A DNA stretch of 25,280 bases from Candidatus Nanohaloarchaea archaeon (GCA_042217695.1 JBDGSE010000012.1:1-25280), one strand, 5' to 3'; positions 7,132 to 15,827 are shown, numbered from the stretch's first letter. Made by a program: numbers and translations. The notes: a model not told the origin generated them from the letters alone.

Positions 7132-7436
7132 CGTATCACCAGCGCCAGTCCGAGTAGGCCACCTATAACCCAGGCCACGCGTCCCAGGCTGGTAAGTATA
7201 ACGGTTTCAAGAAAGATATCGATGAAACCCAGGAAGAAACCCATGAACATGAAGAAAGCGGTTCCCGCGAAGATCTCGAAGTCGTAGACCGCGGCCTCAG
7301 GCTTCAGGTGGAAAGACGCCATCACCTCGTCCTCCGCGTCACTCAATCTTTTCACGACCCTGAATGTTATCGCCGCGGTTATCCCGGTTATCAGTACAAG
7401 CGCGGGCAGGAAGTACTGCCATCCCAGTGGGTTCAT
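7110..7436 (-). CDS. Small membrane protein (about 3 TM), unknown function
   Basis: ATG start and three hydrophobic segments; divergent from the 7490 gene. Confidence 0.72.
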   Translation of the reverse strand: MNPLGWQYFLPALVLITGITAAITFRVVKRLSDAEDEVMASFHLKPEAAVYDFEIFAGTAFFMFMGFFLGFIDIFLETVILTSLGRVAWVIGGLLGLALVIRWWWRFR

Positions 7437-7489
7437 AATTTAATTGAGGTGCAGACCCTATTTTAAGATTCCAGTTTCAGGAATCTAAT

Positions 7490-8473
7490 ATGACTGAAGA
7501 AAACCGGTGCGCGAAATGCGGGGAAGAGGCGGTCATCTACCGCGAACATGAAGGGCGCGGACTCTGCAGGAAGCATTTCTCCGAGTCGATAAACAAACAG
7601 GTCAAGAGCACGATACGGGAAGGCTCGATAGTGGACTCCGGCGACAAAGTCGCGGTGGGGCTTTCCGGGGGAAAGGATTCCGCGGTGATGCTGGAGCAGC
7701 TGGTCGAGATCTTCGGGGAACGGCCGGATATCGAGATAGTGGGTGTCGCGGTCCACGAAGGAATCGACGAGTACCGTGACGAGTCGATATCCGCCGCCCG
7801 CGAGTTATGCGACGAACTCGGCGTGGAACTTCATGTTGGACGGTACTCGGACTACTACGACCTGGAGATGGACGATGTGGCGTACGCCGGCGAGAAAGGT
7901 AACTGCACCTACTGCGGTATTCTCCGCCGTGATCTACTTAACCGTCTGGCCCGGGAGATCGGCGCGGACAAGCTGGCGATAGGCCACAACCTGGACGACG
8001 AGGCCCAGTCGATAATGATGAACAACATCAAGGGGGACATGAAGCGGATGGCCCGTATCGGCCCGAAGACGCCTGTGGAACACGAAAAATTCGTTCCACG
8101 GATAAAACCGTTGAGAGACATCCCGGAGCGAGAAATCGCTCTCTACTCCCGGCTCCACGATCTGGGAGTCATCGACCGGTGCCCGTACGTACAGGAGTCC
8201 TCGCTCAGGCCTATGGTGAAGAGCTTCCTCAACAGGCTGGAAGAGGAGATGCCGGGCGTGAAGTACCAGATAGTTGCGAACGGGCGGCGCATCTCCGACC
8301 TGGTGGAGGAGAACCTGGACTACTCCGAGGAAGAAAACGAGTTGAACGAGTGCAAGCGCTGCGGCGAACCCTCTTCATCCGAGATCTGCCGGAAATGCCA
8401 GCTCCTGGAGGAGATAAAGATCGCGGCAGGTGAAAGCGACGAACACGATTATGCTCCCGGTGAAAAGCCGTAG
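7490..8473 (+). CDS. tRNA 2-thiolation protein, TtuA/Ncs6 (TIGR00269-like) family
   Basis: N-terminal CxxC...C..H zinc site, PP-loop SGGKDS, CTYC, GHNLDD, CPY, and C-terminal CxxC...CxxC. Confidence 0.88.
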   Translation: MTEENRCAKCGEEAVIYREHEGRGLCRKHFSESINKQVKSTIREGSIVDSGDKVAVGLSGGKDSAVMLEQLVEIFGERPDIEIVGVAVHEGIDEYRDESISAARELCDELGVELHVGRYSDYYDLEMDDVAYAGEKGNCTYCGILRRDLLNRLAREIGADKLAIGHNLDDEAQSIMMNNIKGDMKRMARIGPKTPVEHEKFVPRIKPLRDIPEREIALYSRLHDLGVIDRCPYVQESSLRPMVKSFLNRLEEEMPGVKYQIVANGRRISDLVEENLDYSEEENELNECKRCGEPSSSEICRKCQLLEEIKIAAGESDEHDYAPGEKP

Positions 8474-9603
8474 TTGCCGGAAAGGCCCGGCAGTGGAGCG
8501 AACCAGTCTGTTATCTCCCTGAAACGTCTGTACTCTTTCTCCGTCATGCCGAATGCCTCGCCGTGCTGAGGTCTTGAGTCCTCGACATCTCTCGTGGCGA
8601 CCGTGACATTGAAACCGTCCCTTACAAAGGTGGCTGTCGCTGGCTTCTTCGGGACCTCTACCGACACGTTTTCACCCTCCAGATCGGTTTCTCTGCTCCA
8701 GTTCTTGCCCTGTAGGACAACCCTGTCGAAGTAGAACTCCTGATCCCCGTAGGCCGAAAGACGGAACTCGTCACCCATCTCGTAATCGGGTAAACCGCCG
8801 TGGACCGGAAGCCTGAGCGAGAAGTTGCCTCTCCTTATGACGTGGTATCCCGTGGAAAGGTTTAACTCTGCGTGGATCCACGTGGCTTTTTTCTCGTAGG
8901 CCACTTCCTCACCGTCCACGTACAGAGGGTGGTGGCCGGAGCCGATCACGTTGAGGCCCGAATCAGAGCTGTAGTATACGGCCTCCACTGGCTTCATCTG
9001 GAATCCGCCGGGTATAAGGTAGGAGTCGTAGAACTCGGCCCGGAGCGTGTAGTTTGTAAACCTCTGTCTGGCGGTATCATTCCGGTACAGTTCATCGATG
9101 GCGCCCAGATGTTTGCCCAGGTTCAACCAGCCCTTGTACAGCACGGAGAAGGTTGCCGGATACTTTGTGTCTCTCTTGCAGGCGCCTTTAACCCTGGATG
9201 AGAGCCCACTGCATACAACAGATACAGAACCTTGGAAATCCGGTAAAGACTCGTTGGCCTGGAGAGCGGAGCTCACATACCCGCCAGTGAGGGTGGCATC
9301 CAGCAATCCTCTCCCCGCCACTTTAAGCCGTTTCTCCAGCCGTGAACCGGTTATCTCGCCCGGGCTCGAAATCCTCTTTTCCAGGTCGTTCTGCTCGTAA
9401 AAGGTTTCAAAGGCTGCCTCGGGGTACTCAGCGTCCTGGTTGACAGGGTCTGCCATCCGGTTGATGTAGAGTGAGAGGCCGGCTCCGGAGAGGTAGAACA
9501 GGAGTACAAGGAAGAGCAACCCGGCTCCGATTTTTTCCGCCGACGAACGGGATAGAAGCCTCTTCCTGAAGTCGTTAAGGTGCGGAAGGCTTCCGGCAGG
9601 CAT
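8449..9603 (-). CDS. Membrane-anchored surface protein, unknown function
   Basis: Basic N-terminus, one TM helix (IGAGLLFLVLLFYLSGAGLSLYI) and a large external domain with 8 N-x-S/T sequons. ATG 9603 has TTTAAA about 25 nt upstream. Confidence 0.75.
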   Translation of the reverse strand: MPAGSLPHLNDFRKRLLSRSSAEKIGAGLLFLVLLFYLSGAGLSLYINRMADPVNQDAEYPEAAFETFYEQNDLEKRISSPGEITGSRLEKRLKVAGRGLLDATLTGGYVSSALQANESLPDFQGSVSVVCSGLSSRVKGACKRDTKYPATFSVLYKGWLNLGKHLGAIDELYRNDTARQRFTNYTLRAEFYDSYLIPGGFQMKPVEAVYYSSDSGLNVIGSGHHPLYVDGEEVAYEKKATWIHAELNLSTGYHVIRRGNFSLRLPVHGGLPDYEMGDEFRLSAYGDQEFYFDRVVLQGKNWSRETDLEGENVSVEVPKKPATATFVRDGFNVTVATRDVEDSRPQHGEAFGMTEKEYRRFREITDWFAPLPGLSGNYGFSPGA

Positions 9604-9644
9604 ACAGAAAGTTGTGAACGGTGATTTAAAGGTGTTGGAAGTCT

Positions 9645-10067
9645 TCAATCCCTGCCGACCGTCAGCACCGGGACCTCAGAGGTCCGCACGATCTTTTCAG
9701 TGGTGCTGCCAAGCAGCATCCGGTCTATACCGGTCCTCCCGTGGGTGCCCATGACCACCATGTCGATGCCTTCCTCCTGGACGTAATCGTTTATCTCGCT
9801 GTGCGGAGTGCCCTTGCGTACCACGGTTATGGCGTTTATACCCTGGTCAGCGGCCTTCTCCTCCAATTCCTCTGTGGTCTCCCTGCCAGCCTCCTCCAGT
9901 GCGCCCGAGATATTGGATACGAAGTCCGAGACGCTCTCTATCCGGATATCGGCCACGTACAGTATGTGAAGCTCGGCGCCGTACTTATCCGCCAGCTCTT
10001 TCGCGTGTTTGAATGCCTTTTCCGCGCCCTCACTGCCGTCGGTCGGCAGCAGAATTTTCTCGTACAT
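9645..10067 (-). CDS. Universal stress protein (USP family)
   Basis: MYEKILLPTDGS, and DMVVMGTHGRTG....LGSTTEKIVR....PVLTV. Confidence 0.95.
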   Translation of the reverse strand: MYEKILLPTDGSEGAEKAFKHAKELADKYGAELHILYVADIRIESVSDFVSNISGALEEAGRETTEELEEKAADQGINAITVVRKGTPHSEINDYVQEEGIDMVVMGTHGRTGIDRMLLGSTTEKIVRTSEVPVLTVGRD

Positions 10068-10127
10068 CCTCTCCCCCCCGTTACATTATTGGAGGCGGAG
10101 CTATTTAGAAGTAAAGGAAAAGAAAGG

Positions 10128-10565
10128 TTAGAGGTTGAACTCCAGCGGCGTCTCACTGGAGATGTTGTCGCTGACCGGGCACCTCTGCTTTACCTCTTTC
10201 AGAAGCTCCTCTTCCTCGGCAGGGCTGTCCGTCTCCAGGTCCAGGTCGACCTCGATGGACTGGTAACCGGCTCTCGGTTCATCCGATTCACCGAAAAACT
10301 TCGCCGGGTCGAGGATTCCTTCAACTGAGAGATCAAGAGATTCTACTTCGACACCGCGTTCAGAGGCAACCTGACGCAGGGTAGCGTTCACACACCCCGA
10401 TAGAGCACCCAGCAGGTATTCGACCGGGTTAGGTCCGGCGTTTTCACCGTTAAGGTCCTCAGGTTCGTCTATAACAAATTCAAAGTCTCTGACAGAAACC
10501 CTGGTTTTCGTGGCTGTTTTTCCTTCTGCTTCAACACTGAACTTCAGGCTTGAGTCTTCTGGCAT
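10128..10565 (-). CDS. OsmC/Ohr family protein
   Basis: DEP..L.G.N.GPNPVEYLLGALSGC, and a second Cys in RCPVSD. Confidence 0.9.
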   Translation of the reverse strand: MPEDSSLKFSVEAEGKTATKTRVSVRDFEFVIDEPEDLNGENAGPNPVEYLLGALSGCVNATLRQVASERGVEVESLDLSVEGILDPAKFFGESDEPRAGYQSIEVDLDLETDSPAEEEELLKEVKQRCPVSDNISSETPLEFNL

Positions 10566-10655
10566 ATTATCTCTCTTCTCCGGGATGGTAAAAAACCCTT
10601 ACTGTTTGAAACCTCCAACAAAAATGATTAGTTGGTAAACGAGAAAGAGTTCTCC

Positions 10656-11039
10656 ATGGAGTTCGAGGTCGAGACCGGTTCCAGCGAGATCGTGGATATA
10701 ACCAGCGAGGTGGAATCCCGGATCGATATAGAGGATGGGCTATGCCTGGTACATGTACCTCACACCACCGCAGGCCTGGTGGTGAACGAGAACGAGCCCC
10801 GCCTCCTGGAGGATATCGAGTCCACACTGGAAAGCCTGGTTCCATCCGGCGGCCACGAACACGACAAGATAGACGACAACGCCGCGGCCCATCTGAAGAC
10901 GATGCTGCTCTCCAGCAGCGTCACTTTGCCGGTGGAAAGCGGAGGCCTGGACCTGGGAACGTGGCAGAGCGTTATGCTGGTCGAGAGCGATGGCCCGCGG
11001 ACCAGAAAAATACGTCTGAAGACGCTAACCAGCAGGTAA
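10656..11039 (+). CDS. YjbQ (UPF0047) family protein
   Basis: DIT, HTTAGL..NENE, HD...NA.AHLK and LGTWQ. The start is ATG 10656. Confidence 0.9.
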   Translation: MEFEVETGSSEIVDITSEVESRIDIEDGLCLVHVPHTTAGLVVNENEPRLLEDIESTLESLVPSGGHEHDKIDDNAAAHLKTMLLSSSVTLPVESGGLDLGTWQSVMLVESDGPRTRKIRLKTLTSR

Positions 11040-11078
11040 CCTCACCTTTTAATTCGTTCCCGGCTAATTCACAGAAAC

Positions 11079-11408
11079 ATGAGAGATGTCAAGGTAGAGG
11101 TTTTCTACTCGGAGACCTGCCCGAACTGCCCTGCCCAGAAAGAGCTCGCGAAAGATTTTGAGTCGGACGAGGTAAAGGTCACGATGACCAACGTCGCCAG
11201 AAAGAACATCAGGGCGAAGAAACACGGCGTGAAATCCGTTCCAACCACGATCATCAGTGGACCAGGTCTTGAACAGAAAAGCGGTTTCCGGGGGGTCATG
11301 TCGGAGGACAAGCTTGAAACAGCTATAGAGGTCGCCAAGGGAGAAAAAGACGAGGAAGCCCTTGAATCAAGCATAGGAGACAGTATAAAAAGTATAATGC
11401 CCTTCTAG
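11079..11408 (+). CDS. Thioredoxin/glutaredoxin-like protein
   Basis: VEVFYSETCPNCP redox motif and the cis-Pro motif VKSVPT. Confidence 0.88.
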   Translation: MRDVKVEVFYSETCPNCPAQKELAKDFESDEVKVTMTNVARKNIRAKKHGVKSVPTTIISGPGLEQKSGFRGVMSEDKLETAIEVAKGEKDEEALESSIGDSIKSIMPF

Positions 11409-11631
11409 AAAGGAAACAACTCGCCAAAGGTATGGAGAACTCCAGCGTATAAATCAGGGCGGCGGAGTCTCTTCTAGTAGTTTTTTTATCTCTGTAGCGC
11501 CTCGAGATTTTCCAGGCTTATTTTGAAGCCTCTGAGGGCCCTGAATATATTTTAGAATATTTTTAATAGCTCGAACACTGCTGAAACATATTTTATCAAT
11601 CCCGGAGACGGGTTTAAAACCATAGAAAACC

Positions 11632-11638
11632 TTTTTAA
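11632..11638 (+). promoter_or_regulatory. Likely TATA box upstream of the cheY pair
   Basis: TTTTTAA, preceded by GAAAA, lies about 25 nt upstream of ATG 11663. Confidence 0.45.
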
Positions 11639-11662
11639 TCAGCAACTCATTCAAATTAAACT

Positions 11663-12016
11663 ATGACAACTGTACTGTCAATAGAGGACTCTGGTTTTGA
11701 GAGAAAAGTGATTCAGAACGCACTTGAGGAGGAAGGATACGAATTCGTGGGAGCCAGTAATGCCGAGGAAGGTCTCGAAAAATACGAGGAGGTAAATCCC
11801 GACCTCGTGCTTCTCGACATCCGGCTCCCCGACAAGGACGGGATAGATGTACTGAAAGAGCTGCACGAAGAGTACTCCGACCCCAAGGTCATCATGGTCT
11901 CCATCGTCCGGGAGGAGGAGACCAAGGAAGAGGCAAGGGAGATAGGAGCCATTGACTACGTGGAAAAACCTGTCGAGGAAGATGAACTTATTGAAGCGAT
12001 AGAAAACGCACTTTAG
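11663..12016 (+). CDS. cheY: Stand-alone response regulator (CheY-like)
   Basis: Receiver domain with IEDS, phospho-acceptor LLDIRLP, MVS and VEKP. It lies at the edge of the che cluster. Confidence 0.85.
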   Translation: MTTVLSIEDSGFERKVIQNALEEEGYEFVGASNAEEGLEKYEEVNPDLVLLDIRLPDKDGIDVLKELHEEYSDPKVIMVSIVREEETKEEAREIGAIDYVEKPVEEDELIEAIENAL

Positions 12017-12025
12017 CTGGTAAAG

Positions 12026-12382
12026 ATGGAAGCACTAGTAGTTGACGACTCTGCGTTCATGCGCAACATGATGAAACAGACCCTCAAGGACATGGATTTC
12101 GAGGAAGTCCACGAGGCCGAGAGCGGTGAAGAAGCCGTCGAAAAGCACGAAGAGGAAGACCCCGACCTCATCACTATGGACATCGTGATGGGAGAGATGA
12201 GCGGTATAGACGCCGTGGAAAAGATAAGGGCGGACGACGAGGACGTCACGATAGTCATGGTATCCGCGGTGGGCCAGGAACAGATGGTCGACGATGCGAT
12301 GGACAAAGGCGCGGATGACTTCGTGAACAAACCGTTCGACGAGGAAGACATCAAGGATACGATTACCGAACTGATAGCCTAG
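12026..12382 (+). CDS. cheY: Chemotaxis response regulator CheY
   Basis: VVDDSAFMR, PDLITMDIVM, MVSAVGQ and FVNKPF, the Bacillus/archaeal CheY type. Confidence 0.92.
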   Translation: MEALVVDDSAFMRNMMKQTLKDMDFEEVHEAESGEEAVEKHEEEDPDLITMDIVMGEMSGIDAVEKIRADDEDVTIVMVSAVGQEQMVDDAMDKGADDFVNKPFDEEDIKDTITELIA

Positions 12383-12384
12383 GA

Positions 12385-13131
12385 TCAGTGTTTCTGGGCC
12401 TTGTGGGACGCCAGACCTCTTTTACTGTCGAAGGTATCCCCACACTCGTCGCATTCGAACTCTTCTGAATCATCTTCTTCATCCTCCTCTTCACTTGTTT
12501 CATCGCCAGACTCTTCTTCGTCACTGGAGCCCTGGGAGGACTCTTCCGGGGATGACCCGCTTTCATCCCCAGAGCTCTCCTCGTCATTACTCACACGTTC
12601 GCGGGCCTTCTCCTCAACGTCGCTCTGAGAGACATCTTCGGACTCCTCTTCCTCGTCCTCTTCATCGGACATCTCGTCGCTTACCTCCTTCACAGCCATG
12701 GTCTCATGCTCCTTCAGACCGGCGATAAGGTCGAGTATGATTATCATCCTGTCGTCGAGGATGACAACCGCGTCCACGTATTTCCTGTGGATCTCCTGTT
12801 CGATTATCTCAGGGGCCTCCTTGATCCGGTCCATGTCGACCTTTTTAACCTCTTTAACGTCGTCGACGAGGAGTCCGGCAGTGGTTCCCTCCAGATCTAT
12901 TATCACGATAAACTCGTTTTCCTTGGTCTTCATCTCGAACTTCTTTTCCAGGTTTATCAGAGGCACAGCCTGCCCTCTCACATTGGATATACCCTCGATA
13001 AAGTCGGGCACATTGGGGACGGAAATAACCTCCTTCTCCTCTGCCTTGATTATCTCTTTCACGTTTTCAACATCGATGGCGTACTCTTCTCCATTGAGTT
13101 CAAACACGAATATCTGGCGGCTTTCTGTCAT
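12385..13131 (-). CDS. cheW: CheW coupling protein with an acidic linker and C-terminal C2H2 zinc finger
   Basis: CheW domain F.L..E.YAI.V..VKEI, VP.VP.FIEGI.NVRG..VPLINL and GLLVD.V.EV. About 85 aa of Glu/Asp/Ser-rich tail follow, then FECDECGDTFDSKRGLASHKAQKH. The start is ATG 13131. Confidence 0.9.
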   Translation of the reverse strand: MTESRQIFVFELNGEEYAIDVENVKEIIKAEEKEVISVPNVPDFIEGISNVRGQAVPLINLEKKFEMKTKENEFIVIIDLEGTTAGLLVDDVKEVKKVDMDRIKEAPEIIEQEIHRKYVDAVVILDDRMIIILDLIAGLKEHETMAVKEVSDEMSDEEDEEEESEDVSQSDVEEKARERVSNDEESSGDESGSSPEESSQGSSDEEESGDETSEEEDEEDDSEEFECDECGDTFDSKRGLASHKAQKH

Positions 13132-13277
13132 GAGTAATCCCCTAGAGACATAGCTATACAAGAAAACTATGGCCCGGATTCCTTATAAAATATTTGAGCA
13201 GGCCCCCTCAAGAAAGATTTAAAATCTCGGGACTCAAATCTTGCATAAAGGCTAACGACCAGTTTTAAGCGATTATC

Positions 13278-14261
13278 ATGAAGAAAGTCCTTGTAGCTCA
13301 TCCAGACTCCGATGTGAGGTTAGAATTCTCAAAGAAACTTGATAAATTCGATAGTATAGAGATAGTCGACAAAGTAAGGAACCCTAGAAACTTTTTTGAA
13401 GAAGTAAGGAGATCAGAGCCGGACGTAGTTATACTGGGCTCCAAATTCGACACTATATCAGGTCTGGATCTTCTGGACCGGCTTATGAAGACAGAACCTG
13501 TCCCGGTCCTGGCGATAACTACCGAAGACGAGCTTGAGCAGGAAGAAGCCGTCCGGGCACTCTCATACGGGGCTATCGACCTTGTTGACCCTGAAGAGTC
13601 GGCGGAAGAAATCAAGGGGCTTATAGAGATAGCTGCGGAGGCAGAGACCACTCCATACTGGGAGGAACTGGAGACAGACATCCCGGAGCCCTCTGAAGAC
13701 TCTGAAAAAGTCGTGGTAATCGGTAGCTCCACTGGAGGGCCGAGCGCACTCCAGTTCATACTCAAGAACCTTCCAGAGGACCTCCCTGCCCCGGTCGTGA
13801 TATCTCAGCACATGTCCGCCCGTTACACCCGGATATTCACTCAGAGAGTCAACAAGCTCTGCGGACTCGACCTCAAGGAGGCAAGAGATGGAGAAAGAAT
13901 CGAGGAAAATAAAGTATACCTGGCCCCCGGTAACAAAGATATGACTGTCTGGAGGGAAAACGGCGACCTGGTCCTGAAACTGGAGGAACCGGTGCACGAG
14001 CCCACACCATCGATAGACGAGCTTTTCAAGTCTGCTGCGGCCGCTGCAGGCCCAAACGTTATCGGTGTCGTTCTCACGGGGATGGGAAAGGATGGGGTCG
14101 TGGGCTCCCGTTTCATCAAGGCAGAGGGAGGAACCCTTATAGTCCAGAACAGGGAAACAAGTCAAATATACGGGATAGGAAAACATGTTGTGGCGCAGGG
14201 TGATGCCAACAAGGTGCTCCCGCTGGAGGACATACCTGCGGAGATAACGAGGTGTCTCTAG
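13278..14261 (+). CDS. cheB: Chemoreceptor methylesterase CheB with a degenerate receiver domain
   Basis: Catalytic motifs GSSTGGP, QHM, PSID.LF.S and LTGMGKDG are present. The N-terminal receiver fold lacks the phospho-Asp. Confidence 0.93.
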   Translation: MKKVLVAHPDSDVRLEFSKKLDKFDSIEIVDKVRNPRNFFEEVRRSEPDVVILGSKFDTISGLDLLDRLMKTEPVPVLAITTEDELEQEEAVRALSYGAIDLVDPEESAEEIKGLIEIAAEAETTPYWEELETDIPEPSEDSEKVVVIGSSTGGPSALQFILKNLPEDLPAPVVISQHMSARYTRIFTQRVNKLCGLDLKEARDGERIEENKVYLAPGNKDMTVWRENGDLVLKLEEPVHEPTPSIDELFKSAAAAAGPNVIGVVLTGMGKDGVVGSRFIKAEGGTLIVQNRETSQIYGIGKHVVAQGDANKVLPLEDIPAEITRCL

Positions 14262-15827
14262 ATGTCAGATATAAACGAGAACATGATCGGGATGTACATC
14301 GAGGAAGCCAACGAGAACATCAAACAGCTCAACGATGGCATGCTCGAGTACGAGGACTCGGAGAACGAAGAGGCCCTCAACGCGATGTTCCGCGCATCCC
14401 ACACACTGAAGAGTTCGTCCGCCAGCATGGGTTTCGACACCATCTCGGAACTGGCCCACACCATGGAGGACGTGTTCGACAAACTGCAGGACAACGATCT
14501 TGACACCTGGCCAGGACTGTTCGACCTGCTTTACACGTCGATAGACACCCTGGAGGAGATGGTGGACGAGGTCGAGGAGAAGGAGGAGAAACCTGAGAAA
14601 GACGTCTCCGACCTGATGGAGAAACTCGAAAAGGCGAAAGAAGGTGAAAAAGTCGAACTCGACGAGGACGACCAGGATACAGAAGACGAGTTCGAGGGAG
14701 TCAGCGAGATAAAGGTGGACGTGGACCGGCTGGACACACTGATGAACCTTGCCGGCGAACTCCTGATAACAGAGAAAAAACTACGGAGGCTCTCCCAGAA
14801 GAACGAACTCGACGACTTCAACTCGGCGCTGGACCAGCTCAAGAGACTGGGAGAGGACATCCGGAACGAGATATCCGAGGCGCGCATGATACCGGTCTCC
14901 CAGATATTCGACAGGTTTCCGCGGACCGTGAGAGACCTTTCCCGCCGGACAGAAAAGGAGATTGACTTCAACATCGAGGGCGGGGAACTCCGGATGGACA
15001 GGACGATAATAGAGGAGCTGGGCGAGCCCATAATACATATACTTAGAAATGCCGTCGACCACGGGATCGAAAAACCCGGGGAACGGGTGGAAAAAGGCAA
15101 ACCCCGGGAAGGCCAGATAACTCTGAAGGCTGAAAGAGAAGGTAACGCCGCCATAATATCGGTCGAGGACGATGGCAGGGGTATAGACACTGACGAGGTG
15201 GTCGAGAAAGCCGTCGAGAACGGTGTCCTCAAGGAAGACCACAACGAACTCTCAAGGCAGGAAAAACTCAATCTCCTCTTCGACTCTGGCATGTCAACAA
15301 ACGAGGAGGTCACTGACCTCTCCGGCAGAGGAGTGGGCCTGAACGTGGTGAAGAACACCGCGGAGGAACTGCACGGCTCATACGATATCTCCACCGAGGA
15401 GGACGAGGGCACCAGGATAGAGATGAAGCTCCCCCTGTCTCTGGCAGTGGTGAGATGCTTCCTGGTCCAGGTCGGAGACAACCGTTACGGGATACCTATA
15501 AACACTATCCTGAGGGTACTTGAATACAGCGAGATCGAGGTAAAACGACTTGAGAACTCCCGGGTCTTCGCCTACGAAGAGGAGGAGATCCCCATAATAG
15601 ATCTTGGAAGAGAACTGGGAGAGGGATCGTCGGGAGAAGAAGAGGTTATAGTGGTGGAAAGCGGTAACCAGCGGGCAGGACTGCTCGTCGACGACATACT
15701 GGATGTGGAAGACTTCGTAAGTAAGGACCTCGACCTCTTACAGGTGGAGGGAGTGGCCGGCGTCTCGATGCTTTCCGATGGAAACCCGGTACTCATACTT
15801 GACTTCAGTGAGATAATAGGTGGATGA
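14262..15827 (+). CDS. cheA: Chemotaxis histidine kinase CheA (no P2 domain)
   Basis: Hpt FRASHTLK, dimerisation IKVDVDRLDTLMNLAGEL, kinase H..RNAVDHGIE, DDGRG and SGRGVG, and a C-terminal CheW-like P5 domain. Confidence 0.96.
   Translation: MSDINENMIGMYIEEANENIKQLNDGMLEYEDSENEEALNAMFRASHTLKSSSASMGFDTISELAHTMEDVFDKLQDNDLDTWPGLFDLLYTSIDTLEEMVDEVEEKEEKPEKDVSDLMEKLEKAKEGEKVELDEDDQDTEDEFEGVSEIKVDVDRLDTLMNLAGELLITEKKLRRLSQKNELDDFNSALDQLKRLGEDIRNEISEARMIPVSQIFDRFPRTVRDLSRRTEKEIDFNIEGGELRMDRTIIEELGEPIIHILRNAVDHGIEKPGERVEKGKPREGQITLKAEREGNAAIISVEDDGRGIDTDEVVEKAVENGVLKEDHNELSRQEKLNLLFDSGMSTNEEVTDLSGRGVGLNVVKNTAEELHGSYDISTEEDEGTRIEMKLPLSLAVVRCFLVQVGDNRYGIPINTILRVLEYSEIEVKRLENSRVFAYEEEEIPIIDLGRELGEGSSGEEEVIVVESGNQRAGLLVDDILDVEDFVSKDLDLLQVEGVAGVSMLSDGNPVLILDFSEIIGG

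Noticed and set aside
10615..10635. Inverted repeat CCAAC-N11-GTTGG between osmC and yjbQ as an operator
   Set aside because: The arms are only 5 bp and I saw no second copy, so chance cannot be excluded.
11454..11654. 66-aa minus-strand ORF in the AT-rich intergenic region
   Set aside because: It is Lys/Ile-rich and unlike the acidic proteome, has a non-ATG start, and overlaps the likely cheY promoter.
14531..15481. 316-aa antisense ORF inside cheA
   Set aside because: It is a Ser-rich shadow frame produced by GAR/GAC-rich codons on the coding strand, with no protein motifs.
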